Source: Sphingomonas sp.
GTDB lineage: Bacteria; Pseudomonadota; Alphaproteobacteria; Sphingomonadales; Sphingomonadaceae
Assembly (NCBI GenBank): GCA_013812805.1
Contig: JACCSV010000225.1
Location: forward strand, 1 to 35,159
Reading direction: 5' to 3'
DNA: 35,159 bases
Under the pieces are notes generated by a model. It was not told where the DNA came from. It was given only the letters and a program-made list of their open reading frames with translations, and ran no database searches. Both the position numbers and the translations under genes were made by a program. Below are positions 1 to 9,131 of this stretch, piece by piece. Position 1 is the stretch's first letter. Every line of letters begins with the position of its first letter.

Positions 1-1
1 A

Positions 2-172
2 GGCTACACCGTCCGTGGAGTGCAGAAACTGCTCGGGGTGAAAGCTGGCGTCGCGGGCGCGGAGCAAGCGCCAGAAAGCGTTCGACAGCCGGCGCTCGCC
101 CAGCCCGCCGGGGTGAATGTCGAGCGACTGCTCGAGATCCGCGATCGGCTGGCCTCGGCGCTGGACCTTTAA
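2..172 (+). CDS. 3' end of MerR-family transcriptional regulator (partial, runs off the left edge)
   Basis: Frame 2 reads GYTVRGVQKLLG...VERLLEIRDRLASALDL*, with TAA at 170-172. GYT(I/V)xGVxKLL is typical of the end of the HTH region in alphaproteobacterial MerR-like regulators. Not present in the ORF track. Confidence 0.7.
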   Translation, partial: GYTVRGVQKLLGVKAGVAGAEQAPESVRQPALAQPAGVNVERLLEIRDRLASALDL

Positions 173-175
173 CGC

Positions 176-688
176 TCAGCCCAGTTCGCGCGGGCGAAGG
201 AATCGCAGAAGGTCGCCACCGGCCGCCGCCTGCGGCCAGGCCGGGGCGCGCAGGCCGATTTCGACGAGTGAGCCGGTCGGCAGGTTAGGCGTCAGCGCTT
301 CTAATAACGCCGAGCCACTGCCCCTGGTAAGCTGCATCGCCAGCTCGTGCAGGCCCGGATTGTGGCCGACGAGCAGCAGCCGTTCGGCCTGCACGGGTAT
401 TGCGGCGATGATATCGAGCAAATCCTTAGACGACGCTGCATAGAGCTTCGGCTCGGAGCGCGAATCGAAGTCGACCGCCCAGCCCTCGCGGATCCCGGCC
501 AACGTCTCGGCCGCGCGTCGTGCCGGGCTGACCAGCACTAGGTCGTAGGCGAGCCCGAGCTTGCCAAACTCCTCGCCCATCCGCTTCGCGGCCGCTCGCC
601 CGCGCGCGTTGAGCGGGCGGTCAAAGTCGCCAAGCGCCGGATCGTCCCAGCTCGACTTGGCGTGACGCAGCAGGCCCAGCCGCTTCAC
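176..688 (-). CDS. sixA: SixA-like histidine phosphatase family protein
   Basis: GTG start at 688 overlaps the helicase stop (GTGA). Motifs LLRHAKSSW, DFDRPLNARG, SPARRAAET and LLVGHNPG. The ORF-track N-terminal extension is spurious. Confidence 0.88.
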   Translation of the reverse strand: MKRLGLLRHAKSSWDDPALGDFDRPLNARGRAAAKRMGEEFGKLGLAYDLVLVSPARRAAETLAGIREGWAVDFDSRSEPKLYAASSKDLLDIIAAIPVQAERLLLVGHNPGLHELAMQLTRGSGSALLEALTPNLPTGSLVEIGLRAPAWPQAAAGGDLLRFLRPRELG

Positions 689-3387
689 GGGATCACCATC
701 GCCGCAGGCCGATCCACCGGGCGCGACAGTCGCGACTGCACCCGCGCAATCGCCTCGTCGAGCGGCACCCGGCCGACCTCGACGCCGGGTGGAAAGGCGC
801 GAAGCAGGCGCGACGGCATCGCCGCCGACAGGATCACGAACACCCCGCGATCGTCGGCGCGCCGGATCAGCCGGCCGAACCCCTGCGCCAGCCGAGCGCG
901 GACGACGCGGTCGTCGTAAGCGCTGCCGCCCCCGGCCATCCGCCGCGCCGCGTGAAGCACCGTCGGCCGCGGCCACGGCACCCGCTCCATCACCACCAGG
1001 CGAAGCGACTCGCCGGGCACGTCGACGCCATCGCGAAGCGCGTCGGTGCCAAGCAGCGAGGCGCGCGCGTCATCCCTGAAAATGTCGACCAGGGTGCCGG
1101 GGTCGATCGGATCGACATGCTGGGCGAGCAGCGGCAGCCCGGCACGCGCCAGCCGATCGGCGATCCGCGCGTGCACCGCTTTGAGCCGCTGGATCGCGGT
1201 GAACAGGCCAAGCGTCCCGCCACCGGCCGCTTCGATCAGCCGCGCATAGGCACCGGCAAGCGCCGGCAGGTCCCCCTGGCGGATGTCGGTGACGATCAGG
1301 ACTTCCGAGTCGCTGGCATAATCGAACGGGCTTTCGGCTTCGAACCGGTCGACCGGGGCGTCGAGGTGGCAAGCACCGGTGCGCTGCTCAGCAGCGTCCC
1401 AGCCGTCGCCGCCGCGAAGCGTTGCCGAGGTCACCAGCAAACCCTGCGCTGGCTCGAGGACCGCGGCGGCGAGCGGACGCGTCGGATCGAGCCAGCGGCG
1501 GTTGACCGCGACATCATACTCGCGCCCGTCGACCCGCTCGACCGCCAGCCAGTCGACGAAATCCGGGTCTGCCTGGCCCCCGACCCGGGCCAGCAAGCCG
1601 ATCCAGGCAAGCAGAGTCTCGCGCCTCCAGCCGAGGCCGTTGATCGCCCCCTCGACCCGCGCCCGGGCCTGCGTGTCGAGCCAGTCGGGAGCGTCGGCAA
1701 GCACCGCCTCAAGCCGCCGCGACAGCGCCGCAAGCGGCTTCTGCAATGCCTCCAGCGCCTCCATCGCCGCAGCGGCATTGGCGACCAGCGGCCCGTCCGG
1801 TTCGGCAAGCTCGGTTTCAATTCCATAGCCGGCGTCCTGCGCCCTGGCGCGCGCGTAAACCGTCCCGCGCACCTCCGCGAGCAGCGCTTCGAACGGCCCG
1901 AACGGAGCCCCTTCGGCAACACGCGCGAGCCAGCCGTCCGACGGCAATGCCCGCGCCGCTTCGAGCGCCGCGTCCAGCGCCGTAGCGCCTTCGTCGTCGT
2001 AAGAAGCAACGTCCATCAGCCGTGCCGCGAGCCCGCGCCGCCGGCCGCGCGACTTGCCTTCCGGCCCGACGATCCAGCGCCGCATTTCGATCGCTTCCTG
2101 ACCGCCGAAGCAGATGGCGAAGGTTGAATCGGCGGCGTCGAACAGGTGATGACCCTCGTCGAACACGATCCGCTGCGGCGCCGCTTCGCGGGCTCTGGCG
2201 GCATTGATCATCACCAGCGCATGATTGGCGATGACGATGTCGGCCTCGCGCCCTGCCCGCTCAGCACGCTCGATGAAGCAGCGGCGGTAGTGGGGGCAAC
2301 CGGCGAACACGCATTCGCCGCGGCGGTCGGTAAGTGCGGCCGAGCCGGCGCGGCGGAACAGGCTTGCCAGCCAGCCGGGCAGATCGCCGCCAACCATGTC
2401 CCCGTCGCGGCTGTAAGCGGCCCAGCGGCCAACCAGCTGGGCAAGGATCGCGGCGCGGCCGGCGAAACCGCCCTGCAGCGCATCTTCGAGGTTGAGCAGG
2501 CACAGGTAATTCTCTCGCCCCTTGCGAATGACGATCCGGCGGGTGCGCTCGGCCGGGTCGGGAATTAGCCGCGGCCCTTCCGCGTCGAGCTGGCGCTGCA
2601 GCGCTTTGGTGAAGGTCGACACCCACACCGTTCCGCCCGATCTTTCCGCCCACAGCGAGGCGGGAGCGAGATAGGCCAGCGTCTTGCCGATGCCGGTTCC
2701 GGCCTCGGCCAGCAGCATGTTCGGAGAATGCTGCGACCGCCGCGGGGCGAACACGTCGCTGACCGCGCTCGCCATCGCCCGCTGGCCCTCGCGCGCCTCG
2801 GACGCCGAGCCAACCAAAGTCCGAAGCCTGGCCTCGGCCTCGGCGGGATCGACCCGGATCAGCTTCGCTGCCGGACGCTCGGGCGCCTCTTCCCACGCCT
2901 TCAGCCGCGAAAACAGCATCCGCTCGCCGCCTTCCGGCGCCTGCAGCCGCCGGCCGACCAGAGGCGCCCACGACCAGCCGAGACGGGCAAGGCTGGCATT
3001 TGCGGTCCACGCGCCCTCGCGCTGGGTCCAATCGTGGTCAGCGAGCCGGTCGAGCAGTCGTGCGCCAAGCTGCTGCAGAACGCCCGCGGCCTCTGCGTCG
3101 CTGGCCGGCGGATCAATGCCCAAAGTGCGGCTAAGGCCCGCCGGAGTGGGCACCGCGAAGCAGGCCGGGTGGATGAAGGCGAACAACTCCAGCAAGTCGA
3201 GCCCCGACAATTCGCCGTAGCCGAGCCTTTGCCCGACCAGCGGCGCGTTGAGGACGATGTGCGGCGTTTCGGCGGCGCGGGCGATCGCCTCGCCGCGCCC
3301 CGCTTCGCGCACTTCACCCGACGGGCTGGCGATCCAGATACCCGCGTGGGTTGCGTGCAAGGCTGGAAGAGGCAAAGGAGCGGCCAC
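685..3387 (-). CDS. ATP-dependent DNA helicase, DinG/YoaA family (Fe-S)
   Basis: Walker A EAGTGIGKT, KGRENYLC, Cys cluster ECVFAGCPHYRRC, ANHAL, FDEGHH, SATL, GVDVPG, QGFGRLIRRADDRG. Likely GTG start at 3387. Confidence 0.93.
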   Translation of the reverse strand: MAAPLPLPALHATHAGIWIASPSGEVREAGRGEAIARAAETPHIVLNAPLVGQRLGYGELSGLDLLELFAFIHPACFAVPTPAGLSRTLGIDPPASDAEAAGVLQQLGARLLDRLADHDWTQREGAWTANASLARLGWSWAPLVGRRLQAPEGGERMLFSRLKAWEEAPERPAAKLIRVDPAEAEARLRTLVGSASEAREGQRAMASAVSDVFAPRRSQHSPNMLLAEAGTGIGKTLAYLAPASLWAERSGGTVWVSTFTKALQRQLDAEGPRLIPDPAERTRRIVIRKGRENYLCLLNLEDALQGGFAGRAAILAQLVGRWAAYSRDGDMVGGDLPGWLASLFRRAGSAALTDRRGECVFAGCPHYRRCFIERAERAGREADIVIANHALVMINAARAREAAPQRIVFDEGHHLFDAADSTFAICFGGQEAIEMRRWIVGPEGKSRGRRRGLAARLMDVASYDDEGATALDAALEAARALPSDGWLARVAEGAPFGPFEALLAEVRGTVYARARAQDAGYGIETELAEPDGPLVANAAAAMEALEALQKPLAALSRRLEAVLADAPDWLDTQARARVEGAINGLGWRRETLLAWIGLLARVGGQADPDFVDWLAVERVDGREYDVAVNRRWLDPTRPLAAAVLEPAQGLLVTSATLRGGDGWDAAEQRTGACHLDAPVDRFEAESPFDYASDSEVLIVTDIRQGDLPALAGAYARLIEAAGGGTLGLFTAIQRLKAVHARIADRLARAGLPLLAQHVDPIDPGTLVDIFRDDARASLLGTDALRDGVDVPGESLRLVVMERVPWPRPTVLHAARRMAGGGSAYDDRVVRARLAQGFGRLIRRADDRGVFVILSAAMPSRLLRAFPPGVEVGRVPLDEAIARVQSRLSRPVDRPAAMVIP

Positions 3388-3422
3388 TTTTCGACAATGC
3401 TGCCAAGAGAACAGAAGAGCAA
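3388..3422 (-). promoter_or_regulatory. putative sigma70 promoter for the helicase (probably leaderless)
   Basis: Minus strand reads TTGCTC-17 nt-CATTGT-6 nt-GTG, with no Shine-Dalgarno (SD). Confidence 0.45.
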
Positions 3423-3442
3423 CAGATTTGGACGCTGAAAGC

Positions 3443-5005
3443 ATGCGTGTCGCCGCGATGCAGTCGAAAGCCTGGCCGTACGAGGAAGCGCGAAAGCTCC
3501 TGAAGCGCTATCCCGACGGCAAGCCGGGCGGCGAGGCGGTTCTGTTTGAGACGGGTTACGGTCCATCGGGCCTCCCGCACATCGGCACCTTCAATGAAGT
3601 GCTGCGCACCACTTTTGTTCGCCGAGCCTATGAAGAACTGACCGGCCAGCCGACGCGGCTGATCGCGTTCAGCGACGACATGGACGGGCTTCGCAAGGTC
3701 CCGGACAATGTCCCCAACCCCGAGCTCCTGCAGCCGCACCTCGGCATGCCGCTGTCACAAGTCCCGGACCCGTTCGGAACCCACGAAAGCTTTGCTCATC
3801 ACAACAATGCGCGGCTTCGAACCTTTCTAGACAGATTCGGCTTCGACTATGAATTTCTGTCGGCGACCGAATGCTATCGCTCCGGCCGCTTCGACGACGT
3901 CGTCCGCCAAGTGCTGCGCAACTGGGACGCGGTCATGGGCGTGATGCTCCCGACGCTGCGGGAGGAGCGGCGCAAGACCTATTCGCCACTGCTCCCCGTG
4001 TCTCCCACTAGCGGCATCGTCCTGCAGGTGGCGGTCGAGGTCATCGACGCCGAGGCCGGGATCATTGCCTTCGAGAACGAGGGCCAGCGCGTCGAGCAGT
4101 CGGCGCTCGGCGGCCGCGCCAAGCTTCAGTGGAAGGTCGACTGGGCGGCCCGCTGGGTTGCGCTCGGCGTCGATTATGAGATGGCCGGCAAGGATCTGAT
4201 CGACAGCGTCACCCAATCGGGGAAGATCGCGCGCGTGCTGGGCGGCCGCCCGCCCGAAGGCTTCAACTATGAGATGTTCCTCGACGAAAAGGGCGAGAAG
4301 ATCTCCAAGTCCAAGGGCAATGGCCTAAGCCTCGACGAGTGGCTGCGCTACGGCAGCGAGGAAAGCCTCGCCTTCTTCATCTACCGCGAGCCGCGCAAGG
4401 CCAAGAGCCTGCACATCGGCGTGATCCCGCGCGCGGTCGACGAATATTGGCAGTTCCGCGGCAATTATGCCGGCCAGCCGATCGAGCAAAAGCTTGGCAA
4501 CCCCGTCCACCACATTCACTCTGGGAAGGTGCCGGAGGCGGCGCTGCCGTTGACCTACGGGCTGCTACTCAACCTGGTTAGCCTGCCAGGCGTCGGCGAC
4601 AAGGAGACGGCGTGGAAATTCGTCCAGCGCTATGCGCCGGGCAGCTCAGCCGAAGCCAACCCGGAACTCGACGAGCTGATCGGTCTCGCGGTCAATTACG
4701 CGCGCGATTTTGTCGCTCCCAACCTTACGCGCCGTTCGCCGACGCCTGAGGAAGCCGAAGCCCTGCGCGACCTCGACGGCGAGCTGGCGAAACTGGGCGG
4801 CGACGCTGATGCCGACACGATCCAGAACATCGTCTTCGAAGTCGGCAAGCGCCACCCGTTCGAATCGCTCCGCCACTGGTTCCAGGCGCTTTACGAGACC
4901 CTTCTCGGCTCCAGCCAGGGGCCGCGCATGGGCAGCTTCATCGCCCTTTACGGTGTCGAAAACACCCGCCGCCTGATCGCCGAAGCGCTGGCGGCTGCCG
5001 CGTAG
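3443..5005 (+). CDS. lysS: lysine--tRNA ligase, class I
   Basis: ETGYGPSGLPHIGTF (HIGH), KISKSKGN (KMSKS), KLQWKVDWAARW, GPRMGSFI. Start is ATG 3443, or the in-frame TTG at 3428. Confidence 0.96.
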   Translation: MRVAAMQSKAWPYEEARKLLKRYPDGKPGGEAVLFETGYGPSGLPHIGTFNEVLRTTFVRRAYEELTGQPTRLIAFSDDMDGLRKVPDNVPNPELLQPHLGMPLSQVPDPFGTHESFAHHNNARLRTFLDRFGFDYEFLSATECYRSGRFDDVVRQVLRNWDAVMGVMLPTLREERRKTYSPLLPVSPTSGIVLQVAVEVIDAEAGIIAFENEGQRVEQSALGGRAKLQWKVDWAARWVALGVDYEMAGKDLIDSVTQSGKIARVLGGRPPEGFNYEMFLDEKGEKISKSKGNGLSLDEWLRYGSEESLAFFIYREPRKAKSLHIGVIPRAVDEYWQFRGNYAGQPIEQKLGNPVHHIHSGKVPEAALPLTYGLLLNLVSLPGVGDKETAWKFVQRYAPGSSAEANPELDELIGLAVNYARDFVAPNLTRRSPTPEEAEALRDLDGELAKLGGDADADTIQNIVFEVGKRHPFESLRHWFQALYETLLGSSQGPRMGSFIALYGVENTRRLIAEALAAAA

Positions 5006-6088
5006 CTATTTCAACGAAGCCAGCGCGAGGTCCGCGGAGACGCTCACCCCCGCAAGCTTCAACGCCTCGTCGAGCGCCTTGTCCGCGGCCACTGCCACGT
5101 CCGGCCTTACACCGACGCCTTCCCAGCTTTGGCCGGTATCCGGGTCGAACGTGCGGCCGACCGGGATGAAGGCTTCGTAACCCTCGCCGAGCGGCACACC
5201 GCCGCCGAAATGGGCCCCGCCGCCGGTGGCTTCGCCGACCAAGGTCGCGCGCTTCGTACGCTTCAGCGAAAGCGACAGATGTTCGGCTGCTGAAAATGTA
5301 TTCTTCGATGTCAGCAGGTACACCTTTGCGTCTCGCAGACGACCCTGGTTCGGGGCCGGAGTGACGAAATGCTCGCGCCGGATGATGGTGGCGGGCCCGC
5401 TGGCTTTGCGGAGTGTCGGGTCGTCCCCGAACGGATTTCCGCGGGTCTCCTCCACGGCCTGACGGATATCCATCACCACAAGCGTCGTAGGCTTGGCGAA
5501 AATCTCGCTGAAGATCAGATTCATCTCGTCCAGACCGCCGCCGCCATTGCCACGCGCGTCGATGATCAGGGTGTTGGCATCGCGATGCGCCGCCAGGAAC
5601 TTGCGGACGTCGGCGATGGTGGTGTCGTTGCCGGGAAAGCCGCGGGTTTCGATGTACGCAACACCGGCCGCGAGCCATCCGGTCTTGCCGATGGCGCTCT
5701 TTGACGCCGGCCCACCGTGGTGCCCGGCCTTCTGACGCGCAGCCCGCTGTCCGGCCGATAAGGGGCGCAGCCGCAAGTGCCCGTCCTTATGCACCGCCCG
5801 CAGGTCGGCGGTGACCGTCGTGGCAAAAGCGTTTGCACTCGGAAAACTGGCATATTCGCCAGCCGCAAGTTTGGCACGGAGCATTTCGGCATAAGCCGTT
5901 CCTTTGTCCGGGAACACGAAACTCTCTTGCAAGGCGGTTGCCAATTCGGTGACCGCTTTCTCCGCGTCAGCCTTAACGAAGGCGATGTTCGCTTCTACCG
6001 CACCCGGCTCCGTCGCCGCCAGAGCGGCATTGGCAACGAGGGATGCCGAAGCGCAGAACGCCGCCAGGGCCAGAATTAGAGCACGCAT
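5006..6088 (-). CDS. secreted S41 family peptidase (IRBP-like N-domain plus S41 domain)
   Basis: Signal peptide MRALILALAAFCASASLVANAALA, then DGHLRL, IIDARGNGGG, TFSAAE (catalytic Ser), VGEATGG, WEGVGVRPD. Confidence 0.9.
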   Translation of the reverse strand: MRALILALAAFCASASLVANAALAATEPGAVEANIAFVKADAEKAVTELATALQESFVFPDKGTAYAEMLRAKLAAGEYASFPSANAFATTVTADLRAVHKDGHLRLRPLSAGQRAARQKAGHHGGPASKSAIGKTGWLAAGVAYIETRGFPGNDTTIADVRKFLAAHRDANTLIIDARGNGGGGLDEMNLIFSEIFAKPTTLVVMDIRQAVEETRGNPFGDDPTLRKASGPATIIRREHFVTPAPNQGRLRDAKVYLLTSKNTFSAAEHLSLSLKRTKRATLVGEATGGGAHFGGGVPLGEGYEAFIPVGRTFDPDTGQSWEGVGVRPDVAVAADKALDEALKLAGVSVSADLALASLK

Positions 6089-6165
6089 CGTTTCACTCCG
6101 CCGTGTTACAATGGCAACACAGTAGCGCAATCGGCCGGCTTGTGCGTGCAATTTTCGTGCTCCGC

Positions 6166-6182
6166 GTGCCAGAATTTGGCAC
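6166..6182. promoter_or_regulatory. palindromic operator-like site between the S41 peptidase and Lrp genes
   Basis: GTGCCA-GAATT-TGGCAC inverted repeat with an AT-rich core, 9 bp before the Lrp start. Confidence 0.45.
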
Positions 6183-6191
6183 AGCTAGGCT

Positions 6192-6671
6192 GTGCTCGAC
6201 CGTTTTGACCTCGCTCTTCTGAACATCGTCCAGCGCGACGACTCGCTAACCGCCGAAGTGCTGGCGCGCGATGTGCCGCTTTCCCCGTCCGCCATCGCCC
6301 GCCGATTGCGAGCGCTTCGAGCCAACGGTTGGATTAGCCGCACCGTCGCGTTGCTGTCGCAGCGGCTGACGGGACGGCGCTTGCGCGCGGTCGTCCTGGT
6401 CCAGCTGAGCGAACACGCCAACCAGGCGGGCAAGCGAGCGCTCCTCAATCGAATCGACGCCTCTCGACACGTGCAATTCTGCTACGAGCTTGCTGGCGCG
6501 AACGATCTGCTGCTGCTGTTCGACTGCGCCGACATGGCCGAATTCAACGACGTTGCGGAAGCCGTGCTCGTCGCCGACCCGACGGTCCGCCGCTATGAGA
6601 CCAGCTTCGTCAAGCGCGAACTGAAGTTCGAGCCGTTCGTCGAGCTGACCACGTCGGATGCCGAAAACTAG
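6192..6671 (+). CDS. Lrp/AsnC family transcriptional regulator
   Basis: LDRFDLALLNIVQRD...LSPSAIARRLRAL HTH, with a C-terminal RAM domain (VQFCYELAGANDLLL). GTG start. Confidence 0.92.
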   Translation: MLDRFDLALLNIVQRDDSLTAEVLARDVPLSPSAIARRLRALRANGWISRTVALLSQRLTGRRLRAVVLVQLSEHANQAGKRALLNRIDASRHVQFCYELAGANDLLLLFDCADMAEFNDVAEAVLVADPTVRRYETSFVKRELKFEPFVELTTSDAEN

Positions 6672-6693
6672 GCAGGCAGCATAAGGCTGCTTT

Positions 6694-7482
6694 CTACCAG
6701 GAGAAGTTGTGGACCACGTCGACCACCTGCCCACTGTAGGTGTCGACGAGAAGCGCGTCGTCCCAATAGCGCACCCATTTGTACGGGTACGGCGCGTAGG
6801 GCAGCCGGTACATCGACGGGTCGCGCAGCCAGTAGGAGCTGTCGTAATAGCTCGGCCACAAGCGCCAACCCCTATTATAGCGCCGATAGCTCCAGCCGAA
6901 GGGGTCATAGTAAAAGCCGAGTCGGAACAAGGATCCGAAGCGGCGGCGGTGATCGCGCCAATTGTAGCGGCGGTCGTTGTGCCAGCTCGATCCCCAGTGC
7001 GGTTCGCTGGCGCGGCGGGCGGAGGTCCGTGGCGACGGCGCCGGACGGTCGGGGCGGGCATTGGCCGGCGGCGTGACGCGGCGGCGCTCGACGCGATCGC
7101 CCAACTGCTCGGCAAGCGCCCCGCGTTGCCGGTCGCGTTGCTCGCGGCGCCAGTTGGCGACGCTGTCGCCAGCATCGTCGCGCCGCTGCCCCAGCCTCGG
7201 CCGCGGCCGGTCGACCGTCGTCGAGGCACGACCGTATGCGATCGTGCGGTCGACTACCGGGCGGCTGGGCCGCTCCGCTTCGATAGGGGCGCGTGACGGG
7301 TCGCGGGCGAGCATCCGTCGCTCGGCAGCTTGCCGGCGCCGGTCGCCGCGCGCCTCGCCCCGCTCCGTTTTCTCCGCACGCGCCTGCTCGCGCGCTTCGC
7401 GTCGTTGCTCGTCGGTGGACTGCGCACGCGCCTGCACCGCGGCGATAGCGGCAACAAGAAATGCGAGAACGAACCTGCGCAT
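6694..7482 (-). CDS. RcnB-family exported protein with Arg-rich low-complexity region
   Basis: Signal peptide; C-terminal YRLPYAPYPYKWVRYWDDALLVDTYSGQVVDV matches the RcnB-like domain; GGAGG SD upstream. Confidence 0.8.
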   Translation of the reverse strand: MRRFVLAFLVAAIAAVQARAQSTDEQRREAREQARAEKTERGEARGDRRRQAAERRMLARDPSRAPIEAERPSRPVVDRTIAYGRASTTVDRPRPRLGQRRDDAGDSVANWRREQRDRQRGALAEQLGDRVERRRVTPPANARPDRPAPSPRTSARRASEPHWGSSWHNDRRYNWRDHRRRFGSLFRLGFYYDPFGWSYRRYNRGWRLWPSYYDSSYWLRDPSMYRLPYAPYPYKWVRYWDDALLVDTYSGQVVDVVHNFSW

Positions 7483-7567
7483 GCGGCACCTCCCATCGGA
7501 AATGCCGATTTATGCGCCTGCCGGATGAGCCGCCGATTAACCGTTACGGATGCGTTCGAATCAGCTT

Positions 7568-9031
7568 CTACGGCCCAACGTCGGCGGTGTCTTGCTGGCG
7601 CTGCCGGACCTGCCGGCGCTCGAAGCCGAGTGCGGCCGCGACATCATTGTCCCACCCGTAGGCGTCCTGGACGAAGCGGATCCTGCCGTCGGTGCCGACG
7701 AAAGCGGTGTGGTACATCAGCCGCACCGGAATCTTGGCGTTCAGTTTGACAAAGGTTTCCTCGCCGGTTGCCATCGCCTCGTCGAAATCCTCGATTATGC
7801 CGTCGGCTTGGGCGATCATCCGCGCAAAGCCGAGCGCGTCGTGGACTCGCACGCAGCCGTGGCTCTTGTGCCGCTCATTCTGCGCGAACAGCGCCTTGGC
7901 CGGCGTGTCGTGAAGGTAGATCGCCTCGTCGTTCTGCATGTCGAACTTGACCTCGCCAAGCGCATTCTTCGGTCCCGGCTGCTGCACCAGCCAGCCGTCC
8001 TTCCGAACGATTTTCTGGTCGCGCAGATAGGCAGCGCTCTTTTTGGACAACTCGTCCTCCTCGATCGACTTGGGAACCGTCCAGGTAGGATTGGCAACCA
8101 GCCGGAATAGCGGCGAGCCGAGCTGCGGGGTTTCCCAATCCGCCTGACCGACAACGACTCGCCGTTCGTCGGTGAGCTGCCCGTTGCGCCAGAAGGTGAG
8201 GAAGGTGGCTGCAGTGTTGACGTCGATCCGAGTCGCCGGCGACTGACGTTCCATCCACCGCAGCCGCTCCAGCGCCACCGCAAGCTGCCGGGCGCGGTCC
8301 TTGGCACTGGTGTTGACCGCCTTGAGCGTATCGTTGCCGATCACTCCGTCCGGCTTCAGTCCGAAATCCTGCTGCATCCGCTCGACCGCCTCGGCAACCT
8401 CGGCGGTATACTCCACGCCCGGCTGCGCCGGTTGTGCGCCTGCGTCGGGCTTGGGCTGACTTGGCTGCGGTTGCGCAGCCAAATAGCCGCCCGCCTTCAG
8501 CGCCTCGATGACATCAGGCACGCGCGGATCGCTCGAGCCACGCTTGATCGGCTCGCCGGGCTTAATGTTGGTATCGGGCGTCTTGGCGGCCAGCGCGACA
8601 TAATGACCGAACGCTTGGCTCAGCTTGCGATATTCATCGGTCTGCGGGGCGAGCGAACCGAGCCACTCGACCAGCCTGTTCTCGACCACCGCTTGCTCGA
8701 ACCCCCCCTCGACGTCGACCTTGGGGCGGGGAAGCGTATAGACTTCGCGAAGCTTGGTCGGGTCGGTCTTGCCCATCGCCAGCGCCGAGGCGAGCGACAG
8801 GACCGCTTCCCGCAACTCTCCTTCGCTGGCCGAATTCACATCGCCCTTGAAGAAGATGTCGGTGGTAAGGCCGTGCTTGGGCGCTTCCGCTAAGGCGGAA
8901 CGAAGCTGCTGCGCGGCCGGCGAATCGGCACCGGCCTCGGCACTGCCGCTTTGGCCGAAGGTGATTGGACTGTTCTCGCACCCGGCCAGCGCGAGCAGCG
9001 CGACCGAGATCATCAGAGTCTTGCGAATCAA
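7568..9031 (-). CDS. L,D-transpeptidase lipoprotein (YcbB/LdtD-like) with peptidoglycan-binding domain
   Basis: Lipobox LAGC, PG-binding QQDFGLKPDGVIG, NPTWTVP, QPGPKNALG, catalytic IYLHDTP...SHGCVR. TTG start at 9031 after AGGAG (alternative ATG 9013). Confidence 0.92.
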   Translation of the reverse strand: MIRKTLMISVALLALAGCENSPITFGQSGSAEAGADSPAAQQLRSALAEAPKHGLTTDIFFKGDVNSASEGELREAVLSLASALAMGKTDPTKLREVYTLPRPKVDVEGGFEQAVVENRLVEWLGSLAPQTDEYRKLSQAFGHYVALAAKTPDTNIKPGEPIKRGSSDPRVPDVIEALKAGGYLAAQPQPSQPKPDAGAQPAQPGVEYTAEVAEAVERMQQDFGLKPDGVIGNDTLKAVNTSAKDRARQLAVALERLRWMERQSPATRIDVNTAATFLTFWRNGQLTDERRVVVGQADWETPQLGSPLFRLVANPTWTVPKSIEEDELSKKSAAYLRDQKIVRKDGWLVQQPGPKNALGEVKFDMQNDEAIYLHDTPAKALFAQNERHKSHGCVRVHDALGFARMIAQADGIIEDFDEAMATGEETFVKLNAKIPVRLMYHTAFVGTDGRIRFVQDAYGWDNDVAAALGFERRQVRQRQQDTADVGP

Positions 9032-9131
9032 GGAGTTGCTCCTGCGTGGTTCTGGATTTGAAGAACCATCGGAGCAGCGAGCCGATCCATCGTCGTGGTA
9101 ATAGTTGTCCTGCGGCGTCCCCGCTTTATCG

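Noticed and set aside
689-976. Arg-rich N-terminal extension of the SixA-like ORF
   Set aside because: It lies within the helicase gene in another frame. The GTG at 688 gives a normal-sized protein with a coupled start.
685-3387. DinG as a marker of type IV CRISPR or another defence system
   Set aside because: No cas genes or repeat-spacer array are visible. The protein is a chromosomal Fe-S type in a housekeeping context.
3443-5005. Class I LysRS as a horizontally acquired archaeal-type gene
   Set aside because: Class I LysRS is normal in many alphaproteobacteria, and codon usage looks native.
6177-6191. Possible sigma54 promoter (TGGCAC...GC) before Lrp
   Set aside because: The GG-to-GC spacing is 9 nt rather than 10 and there is no TTGC. 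The palindrome explains the motif better.
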